Assembly (NCBI GenBank): GCA_049366795.1 | Contig: JBMNCP010000062.1 | Coordinates: 6,201-70,200, forward strand | DNA from: Desulfobacterales bacterium | GTDB taxonomy: Bacteria > Desulfobacterota > Desulfobacteria > Desulfobacterales > UBA5852 | DNA length: 64,000 nucleotides | Direction of reading: 5' to 3' | In this document: positions 30,287 through 39,264 of the stretch, in pieces | Layout: the number at the start of each line of letters is the position of its first letter | How positions within the stretch are numbered: the first letter of the stretch is position 1 | Position numbers and translations under genes: made by a program | The notes under the pieces: generated by a model | Database searches by the model: none | The model's input: only the letters and a program-made list of their open reading frames with translations | Told to the model about the DNA's origin: nothing

Positions 30287-30409
30287 TCGGATCCACAGCG
30301 GCCGGTGCCATATCGCTCGAGTCCGAACCGGTCGAAATTCCATAAATTCTGCCAAGGAATGCCTGGCTGCTGACGGCAGACCTTTGTACCGGCAGCCGAG
30401 AGTGCTGAC

Positions 30410-32797
30410 ATGACAAAAGTGCAAAAAACGCTGAAGTCGGATGCAGACGCCAAGATCAACGAGGCGGAAGTCTGCTTTACCATGGGACTCTTCGACGAAG
30501 CCGCCGCCATTCTGGAGCAGGTGCTGAAGGATTTTCCGACGCTGGATGCGGAAAAAAAACAATCCATCGAGAATCGGCTGAAAATCGTTCGGGAAAAGAT
30601 CGCGGAAACCGAAAAGGATGAAGCCGGAAGCGTTTCCTCGGAGGAGATCTCCATGCTGAGGAAAACGCTCTCCGGCCAGGAAGACGCTCCCGCGGTGCTC
30701 GACAGCGCTTCCGCCTTCAAGGACCTGGGCCTGTTTGATGAAGCGGTGTCGGAGTTCGAGAAACTGATCTTTCTCGGATATCCGGAACTGGACCGGGTTG
30801 TCCAGGAAGTATCCGCGTGTCTCGTCAAGATCCATTCGCCAGCCGATCTGTATGATCGCATCATGAAGATTGCCTGTGACCAGCGGCTCGAAAAGCCGCG
30901 GATGGCGCAGGTAAAATATTATTTCGGGCAGGAAATGGAACGGCGGGACAATCGGGACCTGGCGATGGATTTGTATGAATCCGCCCTGAAGGATTCGCCG
31001 GAGAACACCGAAATCAAGAAGCGACTCGAAGGATTGAGGACCTCGCTGAGCTCCGGTTCGAAATACGATTTCCTGCTCAGAAACGACCTGGTCAACACCG
31101 AACAGCTCCAGCGGGCCGCAACGCTTGCGAAGCAAACCAAAAAGAGCGTCGAGCACGTTCTGATGAATTCCTTCGGCGTCAAGCGGGAGGACATCGGAAA
31201 ATCCTTCTCCCAATTTTACGGATGCCCCTTCCGGCAGCACGACCCGGACCTGCCGACGCCTTACGAACTTCTGGGGAGCTTGAAAAAGGCCTTTCTTCTC
31301 AATGAACTGTGGGTTCCGCTCAATTGGGGCAAGGACGGCGTCGAAATCCTGGTGGACAACCCCCGGGATCTCAACAAGACCGACAATATCCGGGCCTTGA
31401 TGAAGACCAGCAAGATTCATTTTTCCGTTGCGACCAAGGAGGATATCGAGCAGTACATCGCCCGGTTCTTTTCAGCGGACCAGCAGCTCGAGGCCGTTGC
31501 GGGAGGCGGGGAAGGATTCGACAACTTCGACGAAATCCTGGATGTCTCGTTCGAAGAGGAGGAGGACCATCATGACGACCTCGATGAGATGGACGAGAGC
31601 TCGAGCAAGGTCGTCAAGCTTGTGGATCAGTGCCTGATCGCGGCCTACCGGAAGAATGCCTCGGACATTCATGTCGAGCCTCAGCCCCAGACCAAGACTA
31701 CCAACATCCGCTTCCGGATGGACGGCGTCTGCCAGGATTACATAAAAGTCCCCAATTCCATGGCCAGGGGCATCCTTTCCCGGATCAAGATCATGTCCGG
31801 TCTGGACATTGCGGAACGGCGGCTGCCTCAGGACGGCAAGATCAAGTTCAAACGAAAGGGCGTGCCCCCTTTCGAACTTCGTGTGGCGACGCTTCCGACC
31901 GCGGGCGGCTACGAGGATTGCGTGCTACGGATCCTGGCCACGGCCGGTGTCATGAAACTGGACGACATGGGGCTGAGCGAACGAAACATCAGCGTCATGA
32001 AAAACATCCTGACCAAACCCTACGGGCTCGTCCTCGTAGTGGGGCCCACCGGTTCCGGCAAGACCACCACCCTGCACGCGGGACTGGGGTATATCAACAA
32101 ACCGGGCATCAAGATCTGGACGGCCGAAGACCCTGTGGAAATCACCCAGACGGGGCTCCGCCAGGTCGAGGTCAAACCCAAGATCGGTCTGGATTTCGCG
32201 CGTGTCATGCGAGCCTTTCTGCGTGCGGATCCCGACGTGATCATGATTGGTGAGATGCGCGACGAGGAGACCGCGTCCATCGGCGTCGAAGCATCGCTCA
32301 CCGGGCACCTGGTATTCTCCACGCTGCACACCAACAGCGCGCCCGAAACGATCACCCGTCTGCTCGACATGGGATTGAATCCTCTCAACTTCTCCGACGC
32401 CTTCCTGATGGTGCTGGCGCAGCGCCTGGTCAGGCGGCTTTGCGCCTGCAAGAAGGCGTATCATCCCACGGCGGAGGAATTCGATGCCATCGTCCAGGAT
32501 TTCGGCAAGTCCGATTTTCCCCGAACCGGCATCGAATACAGCAAGGATCTCGTCCTGTATCGCCCCGGCAGCTGCGAGAAGTGTTCAGGGACCGGTTACA
32601 AGGGCCGGATGGGCATCCACGAGCTCATGGAAGGAACGCCGACCGTCAAGAAGCTCATCAAGCAGGCCGCCGATACGGACGTCTTGTTTCGAACCGCTAT
32701 CGACGAGGGGATGTCCACGTTGAAGCAGGACGGCATCGTGAAGGTGTTCCAGGGCCATACCGACCTTGCGGAAGTGCGGCGGGTTTGCATTACCTGA
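30410..32797 (+). CDS. GspE/PilB-family secretion ATPase with a long TPR-like N-terminal extension
   Basis: Walker A GPTGSGKTTT, Asp box/Walker B DPDVIMIGEMRDEETA, His box TGHLVFSTLHTNSA, tetracysteine CACK...CEKCSGTGYKGR. A T2SSE_N-like segment lies upstream. The first ~250 aa carry repeated GLFDEA helical-repeat motifs. Confidence 0.88.
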   Translation: MTKVQKTLKSDADAKINEAEVCFTMGLFDEAAAILEQVLKDFPTLDAEKKQSIENRLKIVREKIAETEKDEAGSVSSEEISMLRKTLSGQEDAPAVLDSASAFKDLGLFDEAVSEFEKLIFLGYPELDRVVQEVSACLVKIHSPADLYDRIMKIACDQRLEKPRMAQVKYYFGQEMERRDNRDLAMDLYESALKDSPENTEIKKRLEGLRTSLSSGSKYDFLLRNDLVNTEQLQRAATLAKQTKKSVEHVLMNSFGVKREDIGKSFSQFYGCPFRQHDPDLPTPYELLGSLKKAFLLNELWVPLNWGKDGVEILVDNPRDLNKTDNIRALMKTSKIHFSVATKEDIEQYIARFFSADQQLEAVAGGGEGFDNFDEILDVSFEEEEDHHDDLDEMDESSSKVVKLVDQCLIAAYRKNASDIHVEPQPQTKTTNIRFRMDGVCQDYIKVPNSMARGILSRIKIMSGLDIAERRLPQDGKIKFKRKGVPPFELRVATLPTAGGYEDCVLRILATAGVMKLDDMGLSERNISVMKNILTKPYGLVLVVGPTGSGKTTTLHAGLGYINKPGIKIWTAEDPVEITQTGLRQVEVKPKIGLDFARVMRAFLRADPDVIMIGEMRDEETASIGVEASLTGHLVFSTLHTNSAPETITRLLDMGLNPLNFSDAFLMVLAQRLVRRLCACKKAYHPTAEEFDAIVQDFGKSDFPRTGIEYSKDLVLYRPGSCEKCSGTGYKGRMGIHELMEGTPTVKKLIKQAADTDVLFRTAIDEGMSTLKQDGIVKVFQGHTDLAEVRRVCIT

Positions 32798-32831
32798 CAG
32801 CGGATCGGCCCGTTTTCGGTTTCGTGGCACA

Positions 32832-33506
32832 ATGAAGATCGGTTCCGACACCTGGAAGCAGCTCCTCCTCAGGGGGGCGGAAGCGCTCGGCTCGCCGCTC
32901 GATCCGCGGCACATCGAGATGTTGACGATTTTCGTCGAAGAATTGCTGCTCTGGAACCGCCGGTTCAATCTCACCCGAATCTGCGACCCGAAAGACATCG
33001 CAATCAAGCACATCCTGGACTCGCTGACGCCGGTGCCGTACCTGAAACCGTCCGGGCACGTCGTGGACCTGGGGTCCGGCGGCGGATTTCCAGGCATCCC
33101 ATTGAAAGTGGTCCGACCGGATCTGCGAATCGATCTGGTGGACGCCTCGCGAAAAAAAGTTCATTTTCTCAAACACGTGATCCGGGTGCTGGGTCTGAAG
33201 GGGATTCAGGCACACCAGAAACGCGCGGAAGAACTGGGGCGCCTCGGCGGCTATCGAGGCCAGTATCATGCGGTGGTGTCCAGGGCTTTTTCAGACCTGG
33301 ACGACCTCCTGGATCGGGCGGCGCCGCTGCTTCAAGGCCACGGACTCCTGATCGCCATGAAGGGAAGGGAATGCGAGAGCGAGCTGTCCGAAGTCCGCGG
33401 CCGAATAGAATCCGAAGGATTGCCCTTTGCGCTCGACTCACGGGTTTTCCATTTGCCCGAATCCGGCGACACCCGGCGGCTGGTCCTGTTGACCCGCCTG
33501 GATTAG
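32832..33506 (+). CDS. rsmG: 16S rRNA (guanine527-N7)-methyltransferase
   Basis: LLLWNRRFNLTRI and the SAM motif VVDLGSGGGFPGIPLKV. 224 aa from ATG 32832. Confidence 0.88.
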   Translation: MKIGSDTWKQLLLRGAEALGSPLDPRHIEMLTIFVEELLLWNRRFNLTRICDPKDIAIKHILDSLTPVPYLKPSGHVVDLGSGGGFPGIPLKVVRPDLRIDLVDASRKKVHFLKHVIRVLGLKGIQAHQKRAEELGRLGGYRGQYHAVVSRAFSDLDDLLDRAAPLLQGHGLLIAMKGRECESELSEVRGRIESEGLPFALDSRVFHLPESGDTRRLVLLTRLD

Positions 33507-33572
33507 CGAAAGGGCGTTCGACCCCATATCCCGCACCGGGGCTTGCACGGGAGGAGGCCATGCCTGATTCCG

Positions 33573-34484
33573 ATGAATGAAACCGCTCACCGACGACGTG
33601 CTCGAAAGGACTATGCGGTCCTTTTCCTAAAGGGGGTGTGCATGGGCTCCGCGGATGTGGTCCCCGGGGTTTCCGGTGGCACCATGGCGCTGATACTGGG
33701 CATTTACGAAGAATTGATTCGCTCCGTGCGCTCGATCGACATCCGGTTCTTCCGGCGGCTCGCCGCAGGCCGTCTCCGGGATGCCGCCGCAGCGGTGGCA
33801 TGGCCGTTTCTGTTCGCCCTCGGCGCGGGTATTCTCACCGCCATTCTCACCCTGGCCCGGGGGATCAGCTGGGCTCTCGTCCATCACGCCGTTTTGATCT
33901 GGTCTTTCTTTTTCGGACTGGTGCTCGCGTCGGTCTGGTCCGTTGGGAAGGAATTGAACCGGTGGGACCCGACGGCCGTTCTGTGGGCTCTCCTCGGAGG
34001 GGCGTCCGCGTACTGGATCGTGGGGCTTGTCCCCGTCGAAACTCCGAATGCCGCATGGTTTCTTTTTTTGAGCGGCTCCGTTGCGATCTGTGCAATGATC
34101 CTGCCCGGCATTTCCGGCTCATTCATCCTGGTGCTGCTCGGCAAGTACCATTACGTGCTCGATGCGGTGAATCAAAGGGATCTCGCAAGCCTGATCGTTT
34201 TCGCGGCAGGGGCGGCCGTCGGGCTGCTCTCATTTGTCCGCTTGCTCAATTGGCTGCTGGAGCGTTACCGGGATCCCACGCTGGCCTTATTGGCCGGCCT
34301 GATGGTGGGCTCTCTGAGAAAGATCTGGCCTTGGAAGACGGCAGCAGCCGGCATGCTCCCCGTGAATGTCTTTCCCGCCTCGTTCGATTCCGAGGTGGCT
34401 GCCGCGGTCGGATTGATGGTGGCGGGCATTGCCGCTGTCTGTCTCATGAACGCCGCGGCCGGGCGCATCAAAAACCGCTCGTAG
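33573..34484 (+). CDS. DUF368 family membrane protein
   Basis: GVCMGSADVVPGVSGGTMALILGIYEELI is the DUF368 signature. Polytopic membrane protein. The start is uncertain (33543 TTG or 33573 ATG). Confidence 0.8.
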   Translation: MNETAHRRRARKDYAVLFLKGVCMGSADVVPGVSGGTMALILGIYEELIRSVRSIDIRFFRRLAAGRLRDAAAAVAWPFLFALGAGILTAILTLARGISWALVHHAVLIWSFFFGLVLASVWSVGKELNRWDPTAVLWALLGGASAYWIVGLVPVETPNAAWFLFLSGSVAICAMILPGISGSFILVLLGKYHYVLDAVNQRDLASLIVFAAGAAVGLLSFVRLLNWLLERYRDPTLALLAGLMVGSLRKIWPWKTAAAGMLPVNVFPASFDSEVAAAVGLMVAGIAAVCLMNAAAGRIKNRS

Positions 34485-34500
34485 AGAACGCCAATCCGGT

Positions 34501-35070
34501 TCATCGGTGATGGGATTGTCCGTCATCCGGAAGCTCGATGAATCGATGGGAAACCCCGCCGTTTCGTATTTCCAGGATGGCGACGGTGGGAAGCAGGCCA
34601 AATCTCGGAAAGCTTGCGCTGCCCGGATTGAGGTAGAATACACCGGAATCCCTCTCCGCTTCTGGCCGGTGGGTATGTCCGGAGATCACCACCTGAATCC
34701 CGGCCGCCAGCGGGTCCAGGTCGATCCGTGAACGGTCGTGGAGAATGAAGATCAGAACTCCTCCGACCTCGATCAGTTCAGCCGATTTCAGGGCGGCTGC
34801 CCATCCTCCGGTGTCCATGTTTCCTTTGACGGCCGCAACAGGCGCGATCCGCCTGACCGACTCGAGCAGCCCCGGCTTGTCGATGTCGCCGGCGTGGAGG
34901 ATAAGGTCCATGCCGTGAAACACCTCTGACACCCCCTGGGGAAGATAGCCGTGCGTGTCCGAGATGATACCGAGGCGCAACGTCTGCCTTCCATCGAAGG
35001 TGTTCAACCGGGTCCCTTCTTCGAGGATGCTTCGAAGGGTTTTGTCGCTTGGCGATGTTTCAGACGCCAT
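34501..35070 (-). CDS. YfcE/MJ0936-type metallophosphoesterase
   Basis: Motifs ISDTHG, AGDIDKP, GNMD and SGHTHRP. Confidence 0.85.
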   Translation of the reverse strand: MASETSPSDKTLRSILEEGTRLNTFDGRQTLRLGIISDTHGYLPQGVSEVFHGMDLILHAGDIDKPGLLESVRRIAPVAAVKGNMDTGGWAAALKSAELIEVGGVLIFILHDRSRIDLDPLAAGIQVVISGHTHRPEAERDSGVFYLNPGSASFPRFGLLPTVAILEIRNGGVSHRFIELPDDGQSHHR

Positions 35071-35082
35071 GACCCGCTTTTC

Positions 35083-35808
35083 CTATCGCAATCGTCTGCA
35101 TTTTTTCCGCTTTCCGGTTTTCCGCGGTGGTTTCCGGGGGATATGGAGCCTGCCTTTCAGGGTCTGCGTACTGTGGACGATTTTTGCGCGAATCGATTTC
35201 CGGTATTCCACGATGGCGCCGTAGACCAGGAAATAGGCAACCACCGACAGGGGAAGGCCGACCACGACACCCCCGACCAGGAGCGTCCAAAGAATCTCCG
35301 GGCCCAGCTTCATCAGGGCGATCAAGGTGTCGATATCGAATTCCACGGGCAGGGAATAGACGGTCGACCTGCCAAGTATCTTTGCCCCGGTGATGTAGGT
35401 GATACCATAAAGGATCGGTGCGGAGAGCGGATTGGATACCCATACGGAGATGCCGGCGGCCAGCTTGTTCCACTTGAACAGGGCGGCGAGAAAAATGGCA
35501 ATCGCCATGTGCAGTCCCATGAAGGGCGTAAAGCCGATCAAAACACCCAGGGCGAAACCGTAGGCGATCTCTTTCGGATTGCCCCGGATTTTTAGAAATC
35601 GCGCATATGCATTGCGAATCACCTTGAACCGGCCTTTAGGGTCGGCTGCTTCACATTCGTCATCCGGGGGAGGAAAGTCCGGTGCTCCACTTGGCGGTTC
35701 CGGCGGAGGACTTGGATCGAGGGGGATCTCGGGGGGATCCGGATAATTTTCGGACCTGACAGCGGGGCTCAATGCGTTTATAGAAGGAACAACAAGCTTC
35801 ACAATCAC
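35083..35808 (-). CDS. DUF2062 family membrane protein
   Basis: GNPKEIAYGFALGVLIGFTPFMGLHMAIAIFLAALFKWNKLAAG matches the DUF2062 core. GTG start. Pro-rich N-terminal extension. Confidence 0.75.
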   Translation of the reverse strand: MIVKLVVPSINALSPAVRSENYPDPPEIPLDPSPPPEPPSGAPDFPPPDDECEAADPKGRFKVIRNAYARFLKIRGNPKEIAYGFALGVLIGFTPFMGLHMAIAIFLAALFKWNKLAAGISVWVSNPLSAPILYGITYITGAKILGRSTVYSLPVEFDIDTLIALMKLGPEILWTLLVGGVVVGLPLSVVAYFLVYGAIVEYRKSIRAKIVHSTQTLKGRLHIPRKPPRKTGKRKKCRRLR

Positions 35809-36228
35809 GGTCCGTGGCGGCGTTGGATCATCATCATTGTACTTGCCGGTTTCGATTCCGTTTCCTCGTGGACAACGGTGTCGTGCGGGGTTTCAACCGG
35901 CAGGGCATTTAACCATCGAATACGGGTCTTGTAAAGATATCGGTATCCGAAGGCTTCCCCTTGACTGCTTCTTTTACAATAGCGGCGTGCAAGGGTTTTC
36001 AATCGAATTCGTTTTCGGTCTCCCGGCTTGACAGGGACCGCGTTCGATACGAGACTCATAAATGGCGTGACCGCCGCGCCGCAGCGGGCGCCGTCAAAAG
36101 CTAACCTGTCCACTGTCGGTTCGGCCGGCAAGAAGGTTCGAGTGAATGGGCCGCCGCCCATCGCCACGGATGCCGGAGCTCGGTTCGGCCGAGGCGGCGC
36201 ATTTCGCTAAACCAAGGAGAAGTCTGCC

Positions 36229-36753
36229 ATGATGCTCAAAGGAAAAAAAGTCGTGATTCTGGTCGAAAACATGGTGAACGATCTTGAGTTCTGGTACCCG
36301 TACTACCGTCTCAAGGAAGAAGGCTGCGAAGTCGAAACGGTCGGAACCGGTTCGTCCGACCAATATGCGGGCAAGGCGGGTATTGCGGTTTCGGTCGACA
36401 GGGATGCAAAAGCCGTCGACGTCTCGAAAATCGACGGGATCATCATTCCCGGAGGATACGCCCCGGACATCATGCGGCGATATCCCGAAATGGTGCAGCT
36501 CGTTCGAGACGCCTTCGACTCCGGAAAAGTCGTTGCCGCCATCTGCCATGCCGGCTGGATGCTTGCCTCGGCAAAGATATTGAAGGGGCGAACGGTCACC
36601 TCCTTCTTTGCGATCCGGGACGACGTGGTTCACGCAGGAGCGGAATGGGTCGATCGGGAAGTGGTCGTGGATGGGAACCTGATCACGAGCCGGAAGCCCG
36701 ATGACCTGCCCGCTTTCATGAAGGCGGTCATCGCCGCGTTGCAAAAGGCCTGA
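36229..36753 (+). CDS. DJ-1/PfpI family protein (type 1 glutamine amidotransferase-like)
   Basis: KKVVILVENMVNDLEF, IIPGGYAPD, and the nucleophile elbow VAAICHAGWML. Confidence 0.85.
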   Translation: MMLKGKKVVILVENMVNDLEFWYPYYRLKEEGCEVETVGTGSSDQYAGKAGIAVSVDRDAKAVDVSKIDGIIIPGGYAPDIMRRYPEMVQLVRDAFDSGKVVAAICHAGWMLASAKILKGRTVTSFFAIRDDVVHAGAEWVDREVVVDGNLITSRKPDDLPAFMKAVIAALQKA

Positions 36754-36910
36754 AGCGAAGTCCCGACCCAGGGCGTCGGGATCCTGCGGGGAGGCATCAC
36801 CCGGAACGTCCATTCTCTCCGGTGGAATTCCCGGGGTGGATGTGGTAGTAAAATTCCCGGTCGTTCGTCCTCGAATCCGATAACCCCATCTTCCAAGGAG
36901 ATCAAAGCGA

Positions 36911-37303
36911 ATGAAACTGATGGTGGCGTTCGATGGATCCAATGTCGCCAAGGAAGCCGTGTCCCTTGCGGTCCAGCATGCCCGGGCTTTTGGCGCTCGG
37001 ATCGAACTCGTCTGGTCGTTGTTCAAGGGAACCGAAAACGAACGGGAAGAAATCGATGCTGCTGAAACAGCCCTCGAATACCGGAGGAAGGCGGTCGAGG
37101 AAGCCGAGGTCCCCTGTGAGACCCATCTTTTGATCCGAGGCAGAAGTCCCGGAGAGGATCTGACGGACTTTGCACGGGATCAGGATATGTCGATGATCTA
37201 CATCGGGGTTCGAAGACGGTCCAAGGTCGGAAAACTGGTTTTCGGTTCCACCTCCCAGTACGTCATCCTCAATGCGCCATGCCCGGTGGTCACCATCAGA
37301 TAA
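36911..37303 (+). CDS. Universal stress protein
   Basis: 130 aa. MKLMVAFDGS...IYIGVRRRSKVGKLVFGSTSQYVILNAPCPVVTIR is the Usp ATP-binding-type C-terminus. Confidence 0.85.
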   Translation: MKLMVAFDGSNVAKEAVSLAVQHARAFGARIELVWSLFKGTENEREEIDAAETALEYRRKAVEEAEVPCETHLLIRGRSPGEDLTDFARDQDMSMIYIGVRRRSKVGKLVFGSTSQYVILNAPCPVVTIR

Positions 37304-37373
37304 GGGGATTCGGGGAGGTCACGACTCAGCCAAACCGTCGAACCTGCCCCACACACAGAGGAGATGATTTCGA

Positions 37374-38348
37374 ATGAAACGATTCCGGGTTGGCGTTGCG
37401 ATCGTGGCGCTCATGGTGTTGCAGCCTATCGCGGTGGCGGGGGCGGCGGATACGGTCCGGATCTCGGTCAGCCAGTTCGTAGAGCACCCGGCCCTGGATG
37501 CGGTGTTGAAGGGTTTTCAGGAGTATCTCCAGGAACAGCGGCTTCCGGTCCAATACACCGTTCACAACGCTCAGGCGAACATGGCTGTCGCCGGCCAGAT
37601 CGCCGGCCAGATCATGGGGGAGAAGCCGGACCTCATTCTGGCCATTGCCACGCCCACGGCCCAGGCCGTGGCCCAGGCATTGCGCAAGGCTCCCCACATG
37701 CGGAAGACGCCTTTTCTCTTCACTGCCATCACCGATCCGGTCGGCGCGGGTCTGGTTGCCGATCTCGACAAGCCCGGCGCCAACATCACCGGCGTCAGCG
37801 ACCTCCTGCCGCTCGACAAGCATCTGGAAATGGTATTGACCTTCCACCCGGATCTGAAGCGGCTGGGCGTCATCTACAACGCGGGCGAAGCCAACAGCAA
37901 GAGCACCGTGGAAGGCATTCGGCGCATCGCCTCGGAGAAGGGATTCGAGGTGGTCGAGGCGACGGTCTCCAAGTCCAGCGAGGTCTATCCGGCGGCCAAA
38001 AGCCTGGTGGGGCGGGCCGATGCCGTTTTTATCCCCACGGACAACACGGTGGTGTCGGCCTTGGAGTCGGCCATCAAGGTGGGCGCCGACAGCGGGCTTC
38101 CGGTTTTCTGCGCGGATGTAGACAGCGTGAAGCGCGGCGCCGTCGCGGCGATGGGATTCGACTACTACGAACACGGACGCCAGACCGGCGCAATGGCCAT
38201 GCGAATCCTCGAAGGAGCCGATCCGGCTTCGACCCCGGTCGAAACCCAGAAGCAGCTCCAACTCCACATCAATCTGACCTATGCCGAAAAAATGGGCGTA
38301 ACCGTTCCGGAATCCCTGCTCGAAAGCGCAGACAGGGTTTATCGTTGA
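37374..38348 (+). CDS. ABC transporter substrate-binding protein (PF04392 ABC_sub_bind type)
   Basis: Signal peptide, then VRISVSQFVEHPALDAVLKGFQEYL, which is typical of this family. Confidence 0.8.
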   Translation: MKRFRVGVAIVALMVLQPIAVAGAADTVRISVSQFVEHPALDAVLKGFQEYLQEQRLPVQYTVHNAQANMAVAGQIAGQIMGEKPDLILAIATPTAQAVAQALRKAPHMRKTPFLFTAITDPVGAGLVADLDKPGANITGVSDLLPLDKHLEMVLTFHPDLKRLGVIYNAGEANSKSTVEGIRRIASEKGFEVVEATVSKSSEVYPAAKSLVGRADAVFIPTDNTVVSALESAIKVGADSGLPVFCADVDSVKRGAVAAMGFDYYEHGRQTGAMAMRILEGADPASTPVETQKQLQLHINLTYAEKMGVTVPESLLESADRVYR

Positions 38349-38376
38349 TTGGGTCGGAATCCCCCGGGGCGACCGA

Positions 38377-39264
38377 ATGACCACCTATGCACTGATCGGA
38401 GCCGTCGAGCAGGGATTCCTCTACGGCATCATGGTCTTGGGCGTTTTCCTGACGTTCCGCGTCCTCGATTTTCCCGACCTCACGGTCGACGGGAGCCTCC
38501 CCCTTGGCGCCTCCGTATCGGCGGTCGCCATTTCCCATGGAATGAATCCCTATCTCTCACTGTTTCTCGCCATGGCGGCGGGGTTCCTCGCCGGTTCGGT
38601 GACGGCACTGCTGAACACCAAGCTCAAGATACTTCACCTGCTGGCCTCCATTCTCACGATGATTGCGTTGTACTCGATCAACATCCGCATCATGGACGGC
38701 CCCAATCGATCCCTTCTGGGTGTCGACACAGTACTCGATGCCCTCGTGCCTCTCGGTATTCCCGGGTACCTGGCGGCACCCGCGCTGTTCGGGGTCATTG
38801 CGCTGCTCGTGACCGCCTGCATGATCGGGTTTCTGAATACGGAATTGGGGCTCGCACTGTTGGCAACCGGTGACAATCCCAGGATGATCACCAGCCAGGG
38901 CGTCAACACCCACGGAACCATTCTCCTCGGCGTCGGCCTGTCCAACGCGCTGGTCGCGCTTTCCGGGGCCCTGGTGGCGCAGAACCAGGGCGCATCGGAT
39001 GTCAACATGGGTGTCGGAACCATCATCGCGGGTCTGGCCTCGGTAATCGTCGGTGAAACCCTTTGCGGCAAAGGGGGGATTGCGCGCGCCTGCCTGGCGG
39101 CACTGCTGGGTTCCCTGGTCTATCGGATCGCCATCGCCCTTGCACTGAGCTTCAAATGGGGGCGCTTCTCCTTTACGCCCAGCGACCTGAATCTCATAAC
39201 GGCGGTTCTGGTCGTCTCTGCCCTGACGGTGCCGAAAATCAAGGCCAGACTGAGTCGATCATGA
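38377..39264 (+). CDS. ABC transporter permease
   Basis: 295-aa polytopic membrane protein immediately downstream of the binding protein. The N-terminus GAVEQGFLYGIMVLGVFLTFRVLDFPDLTVDGS is typical of the partner permease. Confidence 0.8.
   Translation: MTTYALIGAVEQGFLYGIMVLGVFLTFRVLDFPDLTVDGSLPLGASVSAVAISHGMNPYLSLFLAMAAGFLAGSVTALLNTKLKILHLLASILTMIALYSINIRIMDGPNRSLLGVDTVLDALVPLGIPGYLAAPALFGVIALLVTACMIGFLNTELGLALLATGDNPRMITSQGVNTHGTILLGVGLSNALVALSGALVAQNQGASDVNMGVGTIIAGLASVIVGETLCGKGGIARACLAALLGSLVYRIAIALALSFKWGRFSFTPSDLNLITAVLVVSALTVPKIKARLSRS

Noticed and set aside
35805-36167. 120-aa Arg/Lys-rich minus-strand ORF just upstream of the DUF2062 gene. I also looked for an ncRNA or riboswitch in the 420-bp gap 35809-36228.
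   Set aside because: No RBS and no family resemblance. I could not identify a conserved RNA motif by eye. Left unannotated; it could be revisited with covariance-model searches.
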